Below are positions 10,149 to 19,076 of a stretch of 64,000 nt of DNA, one piece after another. The notes below the pieces were generated by a model, which was not told where the DNA came from, searched no databases, and saw only the letters and a list, made by a program, of their open reading frames with translations. This DNA comes from Sedimentisphaerales bacterium (GTDB lineage Bacteria > Planctomycetota > Phycisphaerae > Sedimentisphaerales > UBA12454), in NCBI GenBank assembly GCA_050014075.1, contig JBEKEA010000005.1:3790-67789 (forward strand), read 5' to 3'. Each line of letters starts with the position of its first letter. Position 1 is the first letter of the stretch. A program made the translations under genes and the position numbers.

Positions 10149-11433
10149 GCCAACAAGACTATCCGGCAGAGGAATGTTCGGAGGCCAGGAAGCAAAAATG
10201 CTGTTCCAGCCTGCCGACGCTGATACCGGTATTGTATTTGTCAGGAAAGATACTCCTGAACCGGTGCGGATAGAGGCGACGGTGCGGAACATTGGCGATC
10301 GCAGCAGGAGAACTGCTATAAAAAAAGGCGATACAAGCATCGAAACTATAGAGCATTGTATGTCTGCCATAAACGCGCTTGAAATCGACAATATTTTAAT
10401 AGAAGTTGACGGCCCCGAATTGCCGGGCCTTGACGGCAGTGCCGGAGAATATTTCAAGGCGTTGAAAAAATGCGGGCTCGTTGAACAGCAAAAGCCCAGA
10501 AAAGAAATGGTTATATCTGAAACGGTCAGTATTACCGAGGGCGACTCTTCGATTTATGCGCTTCCTGCCGCCATAGACGAATTGCAGATTACTTATGATT
10601 TGGATTACACAAAACACACAGGCATCGGCAGGCAATCGCTTAGCTGCACGCTCACGACGGATTATTTCGAGCATAATCTTGCGCCGGCAAGGACGTTTCT
10701 GCTTGAAGCGGAGGCAAAACAGTTTCAGTCTCACGGAATCGGTACTCATCTGAGCCCTCGCGACATCCTTGTAATCAATTCAGATGGGCCAATCAAAAAC
10801 AGTTTCCGCTTCAGCGATGAATGTGTCAGACATAAGATTGTCGATTTAATAGGTGATATCAGCCTTGTCGGCAGAAGAGTTAAAGGAAGAATTGTAGCTT
10901 ATAAAAGCGGGCACAGCCTGAATCATAAACTCGCGGCCAAACTGCTTCAGCAGGCCGAACTGCAGGACAGAATAACAAAAGCGGGAACATCCGTGCTGCT
11001 GGACATACGCAGGATACAGAAGATTCTGCCGCACCGCTATCCGTTTTTACTGGTTGATAAAGTGATAGAAATTGATGGCGACAGGTATATCAAGGGCGTC
11101 AAAAACGTTACATATAACGAATTGTTTTTCCAGGGGCATTTTCCCGGCACGCCTATAATGCCCGGCGTGCTTATACTCGAAGCATTGGCACAGGTTTCAG
11201 GTCTGCTTTTCGCACAGAAACTGGAGCATACCGGTAAATTGGCAGTCCTGTTAGGTATGGATAATGTGAAAATACGAAAAAGTGTTGTGCCGGGCGACCA
11301 GTTGATACTTATTTCCGAAACAATCAGGACCAGGACTAAAACAGCCATATGCAAATGTACAGCTATGGTAGGAGAAGCAAAAGTAGCTGAGGCTGATATT
11401 ATGTTTATGCTTATAGATGAAGAAATAGTTTAA
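10123..11433 (+). CDS. lpxC: Bifunctional LpxC deacetylase / FabZ dehydratase fusion
   Basis: LpxC TIEH, ELPGLDGSA, HKIVDLIGD, GH; C-terminal FabZ LPHRYPFLLVD, GHFP..PIMPGVLILEALAQ. Confidence 0.95.
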   Translation: MKPQKTIAEPTRLSGRGMFGGQEAKMLFQPADADTGIVFVRKDTPEPVRIEATVRNIGDRSRRTAIKKGDTSIETIEHCMSAINALEIDNILIEVDGPELPGLDGSAGEYFKALKKCGLVEQQKPRKEMVISETVSITEGDSSIYALPAAIDELQITYDLDYTKHTGIGRQSLSCTLTTDYFEHNLAPARTFLLEAEAKQFQSHGIGTHLSPRDILVINSDGPIKNSFRFSDECVRHKIVDLIGDISLVGRRVKGRIVAYKSGHSLNHKLAAKLLQQAELQDRITKAGTSVLLDIRRIQKILPHRYPFLLVDKVIEIDGDRYIKGVKNVTYNELFFQGHFPGTPIMPGVLILEALAQVSGLLFAQKLEHTGKLAVLLGMDNVKIRKSVVPGDQLILISETIRTRTKTAICKCTAMVGEAKVAEADIMFMLIDEEIV

Positions 11434-11477
11434 AATTAAATTAATGAGATATAAAATTTTTATGGGAAATTAATGCA

Positions 11478-12293
11478 ATGAGTAAAATACATCCAACGGC
11501 GGTTATTGAATCAAGTGTAAAGTTAGGCAAAGACGTCTCTGTCGGCCCGCATTGTTTTATCGATTCTGGGGCAGAAATAGGTGACGGCTGCATTTTGGAC
11601 ACGCATGTAGTAATCGGTAAAAATATTAAAATCGGCAAAAAGAATATCTTTTATCCCGGCTGCGTCATCGGAAGAAACCCGCAAATGCTCGGTGCGACGC
11701 CGGACAGCATTTTTGGTGCGCTTGAAATCGGCGATGAAAATCTTATACGCGAATACGTAACGATACATCCGAGCATTTATACGGATGCCGCTACGAAAAT
11801 CGGCAATAATAATTTAATTATGGTAGGTTCGCACATCGGTCACGACTGCGTAGTCGAGGACAAAACTGTTATCAGCAATAATACCCAGATAAGTGGTCAC
11901 TGCAAATTAGAGACAGGCGTTTGGCTTAGCGGCACAGTTCAAATTCATCAGTTCGTAACAGTAGGCAAATGGGCTTATGCAGCGGCGCTGTCAGGACTGA
12001 ATCATGATGTTCCGCCTTTTGTTACCGTAAGCGGCCATTACCCGCCGGAAGTCAGATTGATAAACGAAAGAGGAATGGTTCGGGCAGGCCTCAATGAACA
12101 GCAGCAAAAGGCCGTTTTAGATGCCTTTAAGTTTTTGTATAAAAGCAAAACTCCGCTTCTTGAAAACGCCAAAGCGCTTGCCGCAAAAGGCGGCCTCGAT
12201 GAAAATGTGCAGGCAATGGTCGATTCTCTCTTAAGAAGCAGCGAGCATCGTTTTGGCAGATACCTTGAGTCGCTAAGAAGAAAAGGACATTAA
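11478..12293 (+). CDS. lpxA: Acyl-ACP--UDP-N-acetylglucosamine acyltransferase
   Basis: IHPTAVI, IREYVTIH, HIGHDC, HQF, DVPPF. Confidence 0.94.
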   Translation: MSKIHPTAVIESSVKLGKDVSVGPHCFIDSGAEIGDGCILDTHVVIGKNIKIGKKNIFYPGCVIGRNPQMLGATPDSIFGALEIGDENLIREYVTIHPSIYTDAATKIGNNNLIMVGSHIGHDCVVEDKTVISNNTQISGHCKLETGVWLSGTVQIHQFVTVGKWAYAAALSGLNHDVPPFVTVSGHYPPEVRLINERGMVRAGLNEQQQKAVLDAFKFLYKSKTPLLENAKALAAKGGLDENVQAMVDSLLRSSEHRFGRYLESLRRKGH

Positions 12294-12298
12294 CGACT

Positions 12299-13309
12299 TT
12301 GGCGACGAATAAAATAAGAACAGCGGTAATAGGAGCGGGCAAAATGGGGCAAATCCACGCGAAAGTTCTAAGCAAATTGCCTCAAAGCTCTCTTGTCGGC
12401 ATAGTTGATGTTCAGCCGGACAAGGCAAAGAAACTTGCAAAAGAATATAAATGCACAGCCTATACAGACGTAAAAGAACTTTTGGGCAAAGTCGATGCTG
12501 TAACAATTTCGGCGCCGACAAAAAGTCATCTTGAACTTGCAGAATTTTTCATTACGAATAATATTCCGATACTAATTGAAAAACCTCTTGCTGCAAGTGC
12601 CGAGCAGGGCGAAAAAATAGTATCGCTTGCCAAAGAGCATAATACTGTCGTTGCTGTAGGTCATTCGGAAAGATGTAATCCTGTTGTGCAGGCGATGAAA
12701 AGACTGAAAATCGAGCCGAAATTTATCGAAGCGACAAGGATAAGTCCTTATTCGTTCCGTTCGACAGATATCGGCGTTGTTCTTGATGTAATGATTCACG
12801 ATATTGATATAATTCTTGCTCTCGCGCAGAGCAAAGTAAAAAGTGTTGAAGCTGTCGGCGTGAATGTCGTTGGCGATTGCGAAGATATCTGCAATGCAAG
12901 GATTGTTTTTGAAAATGGCTGCATCGCAAATGTTACAGCATCGAGACTTGCGCTTAAAACATTAAGAAAAATTCGTGTCTTCAGTCGCCAGGCCTATCTC
13001 AGTCTCGACTTTCTTAAAAAGGAAGGTCTTGTAATCAATGCCGACCCGAATACTGATGCTATGAAATGGGTTAGGCAAAAACAGGAAGAAGGAAATTTTG
13101 ATTTCAGCAAAGTTAATTGGCCTGACCTGCTTCATATAGAAAATCTCAGTATAGATGATAAAGAGCCTCTGCGTCTCGAGCAGGAATCATTTTTAAATGC
13201 TGTCGCCGACAGGTCGAAACGGCCCGAAGTAACAGCCGACGAAGGACTAGCCGCTCTTAGATGTGCCGAGGCGATTTTAAAATCCGTCAAAGAGCATAAG
13301 TGGGATTAG
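12299..13309 (+). CDS. Gfo/Idh/MocA oxidoreductase, probable GnnA (UDP-GlcNAc 3-dehydrogenase)
   Basis: IRTAVIGAG, ILIEKPLA, GHSERCNP, VVLDVMIHDID, ANVTASR; 5 nt after lpxA. Confidence 0.75.
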   Translation: MATNKIRTAVIGAGKMGQIHAKVLSKLPQSSLVGIVDVQPDKAKKLAKEYKCTAYTDVKELLGKVDAVTISAPTKSHLELAEFFITNNIPILIEKPLAASAEQGEKIVSLAKEHNTVVAVGHSERCNPVVQAMKRLKIEPKFIEATRISPYSFRSTDIGVVLDVMIHDIDIILALAQSKVKSVEAVGVNVVGDCEDICNARIVFENGCIANVTASRLALKTLRKIRVFSRQAYLSLDFLKKEGLVINADPNTDAMKWVRQKQEEGNFDFSKVNWPDLLHIENLSIDDKEPLRLEQESFLNAVADRSKRPEVTADEGLAALRCAEAILKSVKEHKWD

Positions 13310-13312
13310 ACG

Positions 13313-13344
13313 AATTGAAGATTTAAAATTGAAGATTGAAAATT
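13313..13344. repeat. Heptamer tandem repeat (AATTGAA-GATTTAA-AATTGAA-GATTGAA-AATT)
   Basis: Read directly after the oxidoreductase stop codon. Confidence 0.7.
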
Positions 13345-13481
13345 TTATAATAAACCCGCCGATCTATCCAGCGAAGTCTGCCGCAGCCCAAAGATTCCAT
13401 TTGTCATGTTTCGGCTGACTGGGTAAGATATTTGCTGATATAGCACCAAGGTGTTTTATACGGAAACTATATAATCAATAA

Positions 13482-14242
13482 TTAGGCCGTGAGGTATACA
13501 TAATGGAACTCTTTTGGTGTAGTCACTGTGGTGGCTCATTACCGTCTAAGGAGGTATCGAGTTGCTCTCATTGTGGGGTTGGGCTCGCAGACGTTAAAGA
13601 GGGAGACTGGGAAGCATATCAAACTGCCCAGAAAAAATTTGCGCAATGGCAAAAAGAACAATTCCGTAAGAAGCTCTCACGAATCTCAGAAAAGATATAC
13701 CCTATCCTAAAGCCCTGTTTCGTTGTCATAATTATTTTGGTAGTTTATGCAGCAATAACTTATGGTTTGTTTCGCGGTTTTTTGTATACAAGTCGACACT
13801 TCTGCGTCTCTCATTTAGTTTTCCGAGCGGTTTTCTCCGCAATTATACTCGAGTTGACAATTCTATTATCATTGTTCTTCTATAACAAATACTTGGGGGA
13901 TCCCTTTTACTGGATAATAACTGATCTTCGCTGGAGAGAAGGTAAGTATTGGAGAGACTCGTTCAGAAATTTACCTAACTCTCCAAAAGTTCAGGCCGCA
14001 AATGCAAGAACCCAGAAGCGCTGTGGCTTCGGCCATTCTCGTGAAGATAAGACCTACCAGCTTCTTTGCGATTATGCTATCAAGAAAGCAAATCGCTTAA
14101 TCTTTGCGATCGTCTTTGTTTGTGCAATTGGTGTCGTGTTAGTGATTATGGCAAATTTGCTATAGAGAGAAAGAAAATTCACAATAGGCCTAACACAGTC
14201 TTCCACGCGATGCCATCATTACGCCGTGCGCGAAGACACACG
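13482..14242 (+). mobile_element. Solitary integron-type gene cassette
   Basis: Starts TTAGGCC (13482), the reverse complement of GGCCTAA at the attC R'' end; single ORF; ends at the G of GTT (14242). Confidence 0.6.
13503..14165 (+). CDS. Hypothetical membrane protein with an N-terminal CxxC-x11-CxxC zinc ribbon and about three TM segments
   Basis: CSHC..CSHC; hydrophobic stretches; GAGGT RBS at 13491-13495. Confidence 0.7.
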   Translation: MELFWCSHCGGSLPSKEVSSCSHCGVGLADVKEGDWEAYQTAQKKFAQWQKEQFRKKLSRISEKIYPILKPCFVVIIILVVYAAITYGLFRGFLYTSRHFCVSHLVFRAVFSAIILELTILLSLFFYNKYLGDPFYWIITDLRWREGKYWRDSFRNLPNSPKVQAANARTQKRCGFGHSREDKTYQLLCDYAIKKANRLIFAIVFVCAIGVVLVIMANLL

Positions 14243-14248
14243 TTGTGA
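14188..14248 (+). other. attC-like recombination site (61 nt)
   Basis: R'' GCCTAAC 22 nt after the stop codon; inner GTCTTC/GAAGAC and CGCG pairing with an extrahelical C; R' GTT at 14242. Confidence 0.6.
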
Positions 14249-14353
14249 CCTTTCCATCTTATAGCTGGCTCTGTGCCTCGGATTGTGCGGAAATCCAAAA
14301 ACGTTTAATCACAAACTTTATCTGCTGGTTTGTCCGGCTACGGTTATAAATCT

Positions 14354-15034
14354 TCAATCTACAATTTTCAATTTGAGTCTTGTAACGGTCTGATGTGCAA
14401 GCCGGCTCGGCTCCGGCAATCGGTACTTTACACAGCAATCAAGCACAATTCTTACAGCATCTGAAAGTCTGCATTTGAAACCAACGGAAACAAAAACCGG
14501 TTTTACATTGCTGCGGGTTCTGACGACTGAACCGATAATTTCATTTTTATCTTTAAGTGGACTTGTTGAACCTTTCGCGGCAGCAGGATTTTCAAAATCG
14601 CCGATAAGTCTGCTTTTAGCACAGCCTATTGTTGGGACATCAAGAAAAAGACCAAGATGACAGGCTATACCTAATCGTCGCGGATGAGCCAGACCCTGAC
14701 CGTCAACTATAAAGCAGTCTGGAACTGTTTTAAGGTTTTCAGCGGCGGCAAGACAGGCAGGCGCTTCGCGAAACGATAAAAGGCCGGGGATATATGGAAA
14801 AGTTACAGGCTCAATCGAATGGACGGTTTCAAGAATTTCAAAACTTTGCGATGACAGGACAACTATGCAGGCATAAATACTTTTTTTATCTTTCGAAAAT
14901 GCACAGTCAAGGCCGGCGATTGTTTTTATTTTTTTGTCGAATTTGCATTGAATAACCTCCCCGGCGAGGGTTTTTTGAAGTCCAATCGCGTTTTTGACGC
15001 TAATGTCCCAATTATGTAAGTGCTTTGTCTTCAT
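14354..15034 (-). CDS. nfi: Endonuclease V (deoxyinosine 3' endonuclease)
   Basis: IAGLDCAF, FPYIPGLLSFRE, VDGQGLAHPRRLGIACHLG, GCAKS, RLPEPSRLAH; start set at MKTKHLHNW. Confidence 0.95.
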   Translation of the reverse strand: MKTKHLHNWDISVKNAIGLQKTLAGEVIQCKFDKKIKTIAGLDCAFSKDKKSIYACIVVLSSQSFEILETVHSIEPVTFPYIPGLLSFREAPACLAAAENLKTVPDCFIVDGQGLAHPRRLGIACHLGLFLDVPTIGCAKSRLIGDFENPAAAKGSTSPLKDKNEIIGSVVRTRSNVKPVFVSVGFKCRLSDAVRIVLDCCVKYRLPEPSRLAHQTVTRLKLKIVD

Positions 15035-15064
15035 TATGTTATGGTTTTGTTCAAATAATAGTAT

Positions 15065-15092
15065 TTTACTTATTGAACGGTTTTGGTACAAT
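15065..15092 (+). promoter_or_regulatory. Candidate sigma70 promoter for uvrA
   Basis: TTTACT-N16-TACAAT with extended TG. Confidence 0.4.
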
Positions 15093-15156
15093 AGCCAAAT
15101 TGGTTTATTGCCTGTTTTCTCAGGGCGGATACCAATAGTTGTCAGAAGGAAAAGTA

Positions 15157-18015
15157 ATGCAGAAATCGATAAAAATAGTTGGTGCTTGTCAGCACAACCT
15201 CAAGAATATAAATGTCGAGGTTCCGCGCGATAAATTTGTCGTTATTACGGGAATCAGCGGTTCGGGGAAAAGTTCGCTCGCGTTTGATACGATATATGCC
15301 GAAGGTCAGAGAAAATATGTCGAGTCGCTAAGCGCTTACGCAAGGCAATTTCTTGAGCAGATGCAAAAGCCGGAGGTGGAATACATTGAAGGTCTGCCGC
15401 CGACAATTGCAATAGAACAGCGAAGCGCGGCCACCAATCCGCGTTCAACCGTTGCCACGACAACCGAAATTTATGATTATTGCAGGGTGCTTTTTGCAAG
15501 GGCAGGCATGCCTCACTGCTGGATTTGCGGCAAGGAAATTTCAAGCCAGCATTCGACTCAAATCGTTGACAGTATAATGTCGCTGCCGCAGGAGACAAAA
15601 GTGCAGATTTGCTCGCCGCTTATACGCGGGCAAAAAGGCGAGCATAGAGAAATATTTGGAAGAGTTCAAAGCGAAGGTTTTGTACGTGTTCGCGTCGATG
15701 GAATTATTTATGACATAAAAAATGTGCCCAAACTTGACAAGAATAAAAAGCACGATATCTCCGCGGTTGTTGACAGGCTTATTATAAAAGATACCGTGCG
15801 AATCCGTCTGGCCGATTCGATTGAAGCCGCATTGAAACTCGGCGAAGGCCTGGTATTCGTTATGGTTCAGGAACTTGCCGAAGGCAAGCAAAACGGCGGC
15901 AACGGGCAGTGGCGAGATTTGGTGTTCAGCGAAAAATTCGCGTGCAGCGAACATTCTGATGCGTCTCTTGAGGAGCTTTCGCCGAGGCTGTTCAGCTTTA
16001 ACAGCCCTTACGGCGCCTGCCATAGCTGCGACGGGCTTGGAACGATACTTGAATTTGACGAAGACCTCATTGTGCCGGACAAAAATCTTTCGCTTGAAAA
16101 CGGAGCAATCGATGCCTGGCGCAAAGGCGGCAAAAGAATGAATATTTTTTACAGCCGGATGATTCTGCGGTTTTGCAGAGAGTTCAATATTAATAAACAG
16201 ATACCTTTCTCGAAAATTCCAACCGACATAAGAAAAATCCTGATGCACGGCACAACCGAAGAAGACGAAAAGAAATTTGGGACTTATTTCGAAGGAGTTA
16301 TTCCCAATCTTGACAAGAGATGGAAAAATACTTCCAGCGAATATGTCAAAGCAAGGCTGCACAGCTTTCTGTCGGAAGGGGCGTGCAGAACCTGCCACGG
16401 CGCAAGGCTTCGCAAAGAAGCTATCGCGGTTACAGTGGGCGGGGAAAACATAAGCGAAATCACACGGATGAGCGTGGAAGAGTCGCAGGAATTTTTTGAC
16501 GGCCTTAAATTCGAGGGGGAAAAGGCTCTTATCGCTGTTCAGCCACTAAAGGAAATCAAGGCGAGATTGAGATTTCTTGTTGATGTGGGTCTGGGCTATC
16601 TTACGCTTGACCGCAGAAGCGGCACATTAAGCGGCGGAGAAGCACAGAGAATCAGGCTTGCCACGCAGGTCGGCAGCGGGCTGGTCGGCTGCTGTTACGT
16701 TCTCGATGAGCCGACAATCGGCCTGCACAGACGCGACAATGACAGGCTGCTGGGTATTTTGAGAAAACTTGCCGATATCGGAAATACTGTCCTTGTGGTT
16801 GAGCATGACGAGGATGTTATTCGCAGCGCTGACCATATAATTGATATCGGCCCGGCAGCCGGAGACCACGGCGGCGAACTTATCGCAGCGGGTTCTTTTC
16901 AGGATATCTGCTCGGCACCGCGTTCGATAACCGGTGATTATCTTTCCGGCAGAAAAAAAATTGAGCTTCCAGTCAAAAGACGAAAAATCAGAATGGCTCA
17001 TTGCATTGAGGTCAAAGGGGCAAGTGAAAATAATTTAAAAAATATCGATGTCAGGTTTCCGCTGGGGGTTTTCACCTGCGTTACGGGCGTTTCCGGTTCC
17101 GGCAAAAGCACACTGGTTACGGAAATTCTGCTTAAAGGGCTTTGGAGAAAATTATATTACACTGGAGCAAAGCCGGGCAAACACAAAAACATTCTCGGCA
17201 CAAGTCAGATAGACAAAGTAATCGAAATCGACCAGTCGCCGATTGGCAAAACGCCCCGCAGCAATCCGGTTACTTATACCGGTATCTTTGACCAAATAAG
17301 ACAGTTATTTGCCAAAACCAGAGAAGCCAGAATCAGAGGATATACCGCCGGCAGGTTTAGCTTTAATATAAAAGGCGGAAGATGCGAACACTGCCAGGGA
17401 CAGGGCACGAAAAAAATTGAGATGCATTTTCTGCCGGACGTCTATGTTATCTGCCAGCAGTGCAAGGGCACTAAATATAATCCTGAAACGCTTCAGATTA
17501 CATATAAAGGAAAATCAATTGCCGACGTCCTCGATATGAGAGTCGAGGAGTCGTTGAAATTCTTCAGCAATTTCCCGAAGATTGTCCGATTACTCAAAAC
17601 TTTAAACGACGTGGGCCTGGGATATATGCAGCTTGGGCAATCCTCGACGACGCTCTCCGGCGGCGAAGCTCAAAGAGTCAAACTCGCAGCCGAACTGGGC
17701 AAAACTTCGACAGGCCATACGTTATATCTTCTTGACGAGCCGACGACAGGTCTGCATTTCGCGGATATTCATAATTTGCTTAATGTGCTTCAAAGGCTCT
17801 GCGATTTGGGAAATACCGTAGTTGTTATTGAGCATAACCTTGATGTAATTAAAATCGCGGATTATATTATAGACCTCGGCCCTGAAGGCGGACAGGCCGG
17901 CGGAGAAGTTATCGCTGCTGGGACTCCGCAGGAAATTATAAAAGTTGAAAAAAGCTACACCGCCAGGTATCTTAAAGAATATCTGTGCAATTATAAAAGC
18001 AAGGTATTGGTTTGA
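15157..18015 (+). CDS. uvrA: Excinuclease ABC subunit A
   Basis: Two ABC modules ([42 protein letters not shown]) and zinc fingers. Confidence 0.98.
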   Translation: MQKSIKIVGACQHNLKNINVEVPRDKFVVITGISGSGKSSLAFDTIYAEGQRKYVESLSAYARQFLEQMQKPEVEYIEGLPPTIAIEQRSAATNPRSTVATTTEIYDYCRVLFARAGMPHCWICGKEISSQHSTQIVDSIMSLPQETKVQICSPLIRGQKGEHREIFGRVQSEGFVRVRVDGIIYDIKNVPKLDKNKKHDISAVVDRLIIKDTVRIRLADSIEAALKLGEGLVFVMVQELAEGKQNGGNGQWRDLVFSEKFACSEHSDASLEELSPRLFSFNSPYGACHSCDGLGTILEFDEDLIVPDKNLSLENGAIDAWRKGGKRMNIFYSRMILRFCREFNINKQIPFSKIPTDIRKILMHGTTEEDEKKFGTYFEGVIPNLDKRWKNTSSEYVKARLHSFLSEGACRTCHGARLRKEAIAVTVGGENISEITRMSVEESQEFFDGLKFEGEKALIAVQPLKEIKARLRFLVDVGLGYLTLDRRSGTLSGGEAQRIRLATQVGSGLVGCCYVLDEPTIGLHRRDNDRLLGILRKLADIGNTVLVVEHDEDVIRSADHIIDIGPAAGDHGGELIAAGSFQDICSAPRSITGDYLSGRKKIELPVKRRKIRMAHCIEVKGASENNLKNIDVRFPLGVFTCVTGVSGSGKSTLVTEILLKGLWRKLYYTGAKPGKHKNILGTSQIDKVIEIDQSPIGKTPRSNPVTYTGIFDQIRQLFAKTREARIRGYTAGRFSFNIKGGRCEHCQGQGTKKIEMHFLPDVYVICQQCKGTKYNPETLQITYKGKSIADVLDMRVEESLKFFSNFPKIVRLLKTLNDVGLGYMQLGQSSTTLSGGEAQRVKLAAELGKTSTGHTLYLLDEPTTGLHFADIHNLLNVLQRLCDLGNTVVVIEHNLDVIKIADYIIDLGPEGGQAGGEVIAAGTPQEIIKVEKSYTARYLKEYLCNYKSKVLV

Positions 18016-19076
18016 AAACTTTCAAAACACTGCAATGGTCAGGAGGAATCGACGGCTGTCTGGAATTGACAGACCAGAGGAAACTGCCTGGGGAATTTAT
18101 TACAAAAAAATGCAAAACCGTCGAGCAGTTGTATGACGCGATAAAAACCCTCGCTGTCCGAGGAGCGCCGGCGATAGGAGTTGCGACCGGTTTCGGCGTC
18201 TGCCTTGCGGCACAGGAAACAGGAAAATTAAAACTTCCGGACGCGATAAAACGTATAAAAGAAAAGGCAGAGTATCTATCAAAATCAAGGCCTACAGCGA
18301 TTAATCTATTCTGGGCTCTTGAAAGAATGAATAGGGCTGCTGAAGATTTTATGCTGGTAGACCCAGATGGAACAGTAGCCCAATTGCAGGAATACCTGCT
18401 GAGCGAAGCTCAGAAGATTTATGACGAAGATGTCGAAATGTGCCGGAACATTGGCATTAACGGTGAAAAATTCATTCCCGATGGCGGGGCGATTTTGACG
18501 CACTGCAATGCGGGGGCGCTGGCAACAGCAGGGGATGGAACGGCATTATCGCCGGTATTTGAGGCGCAGAGAAAGGGAAAGAAAATAAAAGTCTATGTCG
18601 ATGAGACAAGACCTGTTTTGCAGGGTGCAAGACTGACTACCTGGGAGCTTAAACAGGCGGGCATTGACGTTACGCTTATATGTGACAATATGGCAGGAGC
18701 TTTGATGAAGGACGGCAAAGTTAATGCCGTGTTTATCGGCGCAGACCGGATAGCGGCTAATGGCGACGTCGCAAATAAAATCGGGTCGTATAGTCTTAGT
18801 GTTCTTGCCAAGGCACACAAGATTCCGTTTTACGTGGCAGCGCCGTCGAGCACATTTGATTTGAAAATGCAAAATGGCGCTCAAATCCCGATTGAGCAGA
18901 GAAAACCGGATGAAGTGCTTAAGTTTATGGATGTTCAGATTGCACCGCAGGGGATAAATGTGTATAATCCGGCTTTTGATGTAACGCCTGCGGAAAATAT
19001 AACAGCGATAATTACGGAAAAAGGTATTATTCAGTGTCCGACAAAAGAAAAAATCAAAAAAATGATAAACTCCTGA
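18012..19076 (+). CDS. mtnA: Methylthioribose-1-phosphate isomerase
   Basis: VRGAPAIG, RPTAINLFWAL, THCNAGALAT, DETRP.LQGARLT.WEL, NPAFDVTP. Confidence 0.96.
   Translation: MKTFKTLQWSGGIDGCLELTDQRKLPGEFITKKCKTVEQLYDAIKTLAVRGAPAIGVATGFGVCLAAQETGKLKLPDAIKRIKEKAEYLSKSRPTAINLFWALERMNRAAEDFMLVDPDGTVAQLQEYLLSEAQKIYDEDVEMCRNIGINGEKFIPDGGAILTHCNAGALATAGDGTALSPVFEAQRKGKKIKVYVDETRPVLQGARLTTWELKQAGIDVTLICDNMAGALMKDGKVNAVFIGADRIAANGDVANKIGSYSLSVLAKAHKIPFYVAAPSSTFDLKMQNGAQIPIEQRKPDEVLKFMDVQIAPQGINVYNPAFDVTPAENITAIITEKGIIQCPTKEKIKKMINS

Noticed and set aside
9456-10457. 333-aa antisense ORF over lpxD/lpxC
   Set aside because: Shadow of a well-supported gene, with no recognisable motifs
10123-11433. LpxC-FabZ fusion as a novelty
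   Set aside because: An established architecture in several phyla, including Bacteroidota
15541-16398. 285-aa antisense ORF within uvrA
   Set aside because: Shadow ORF on the opposite strand of a conserved gene
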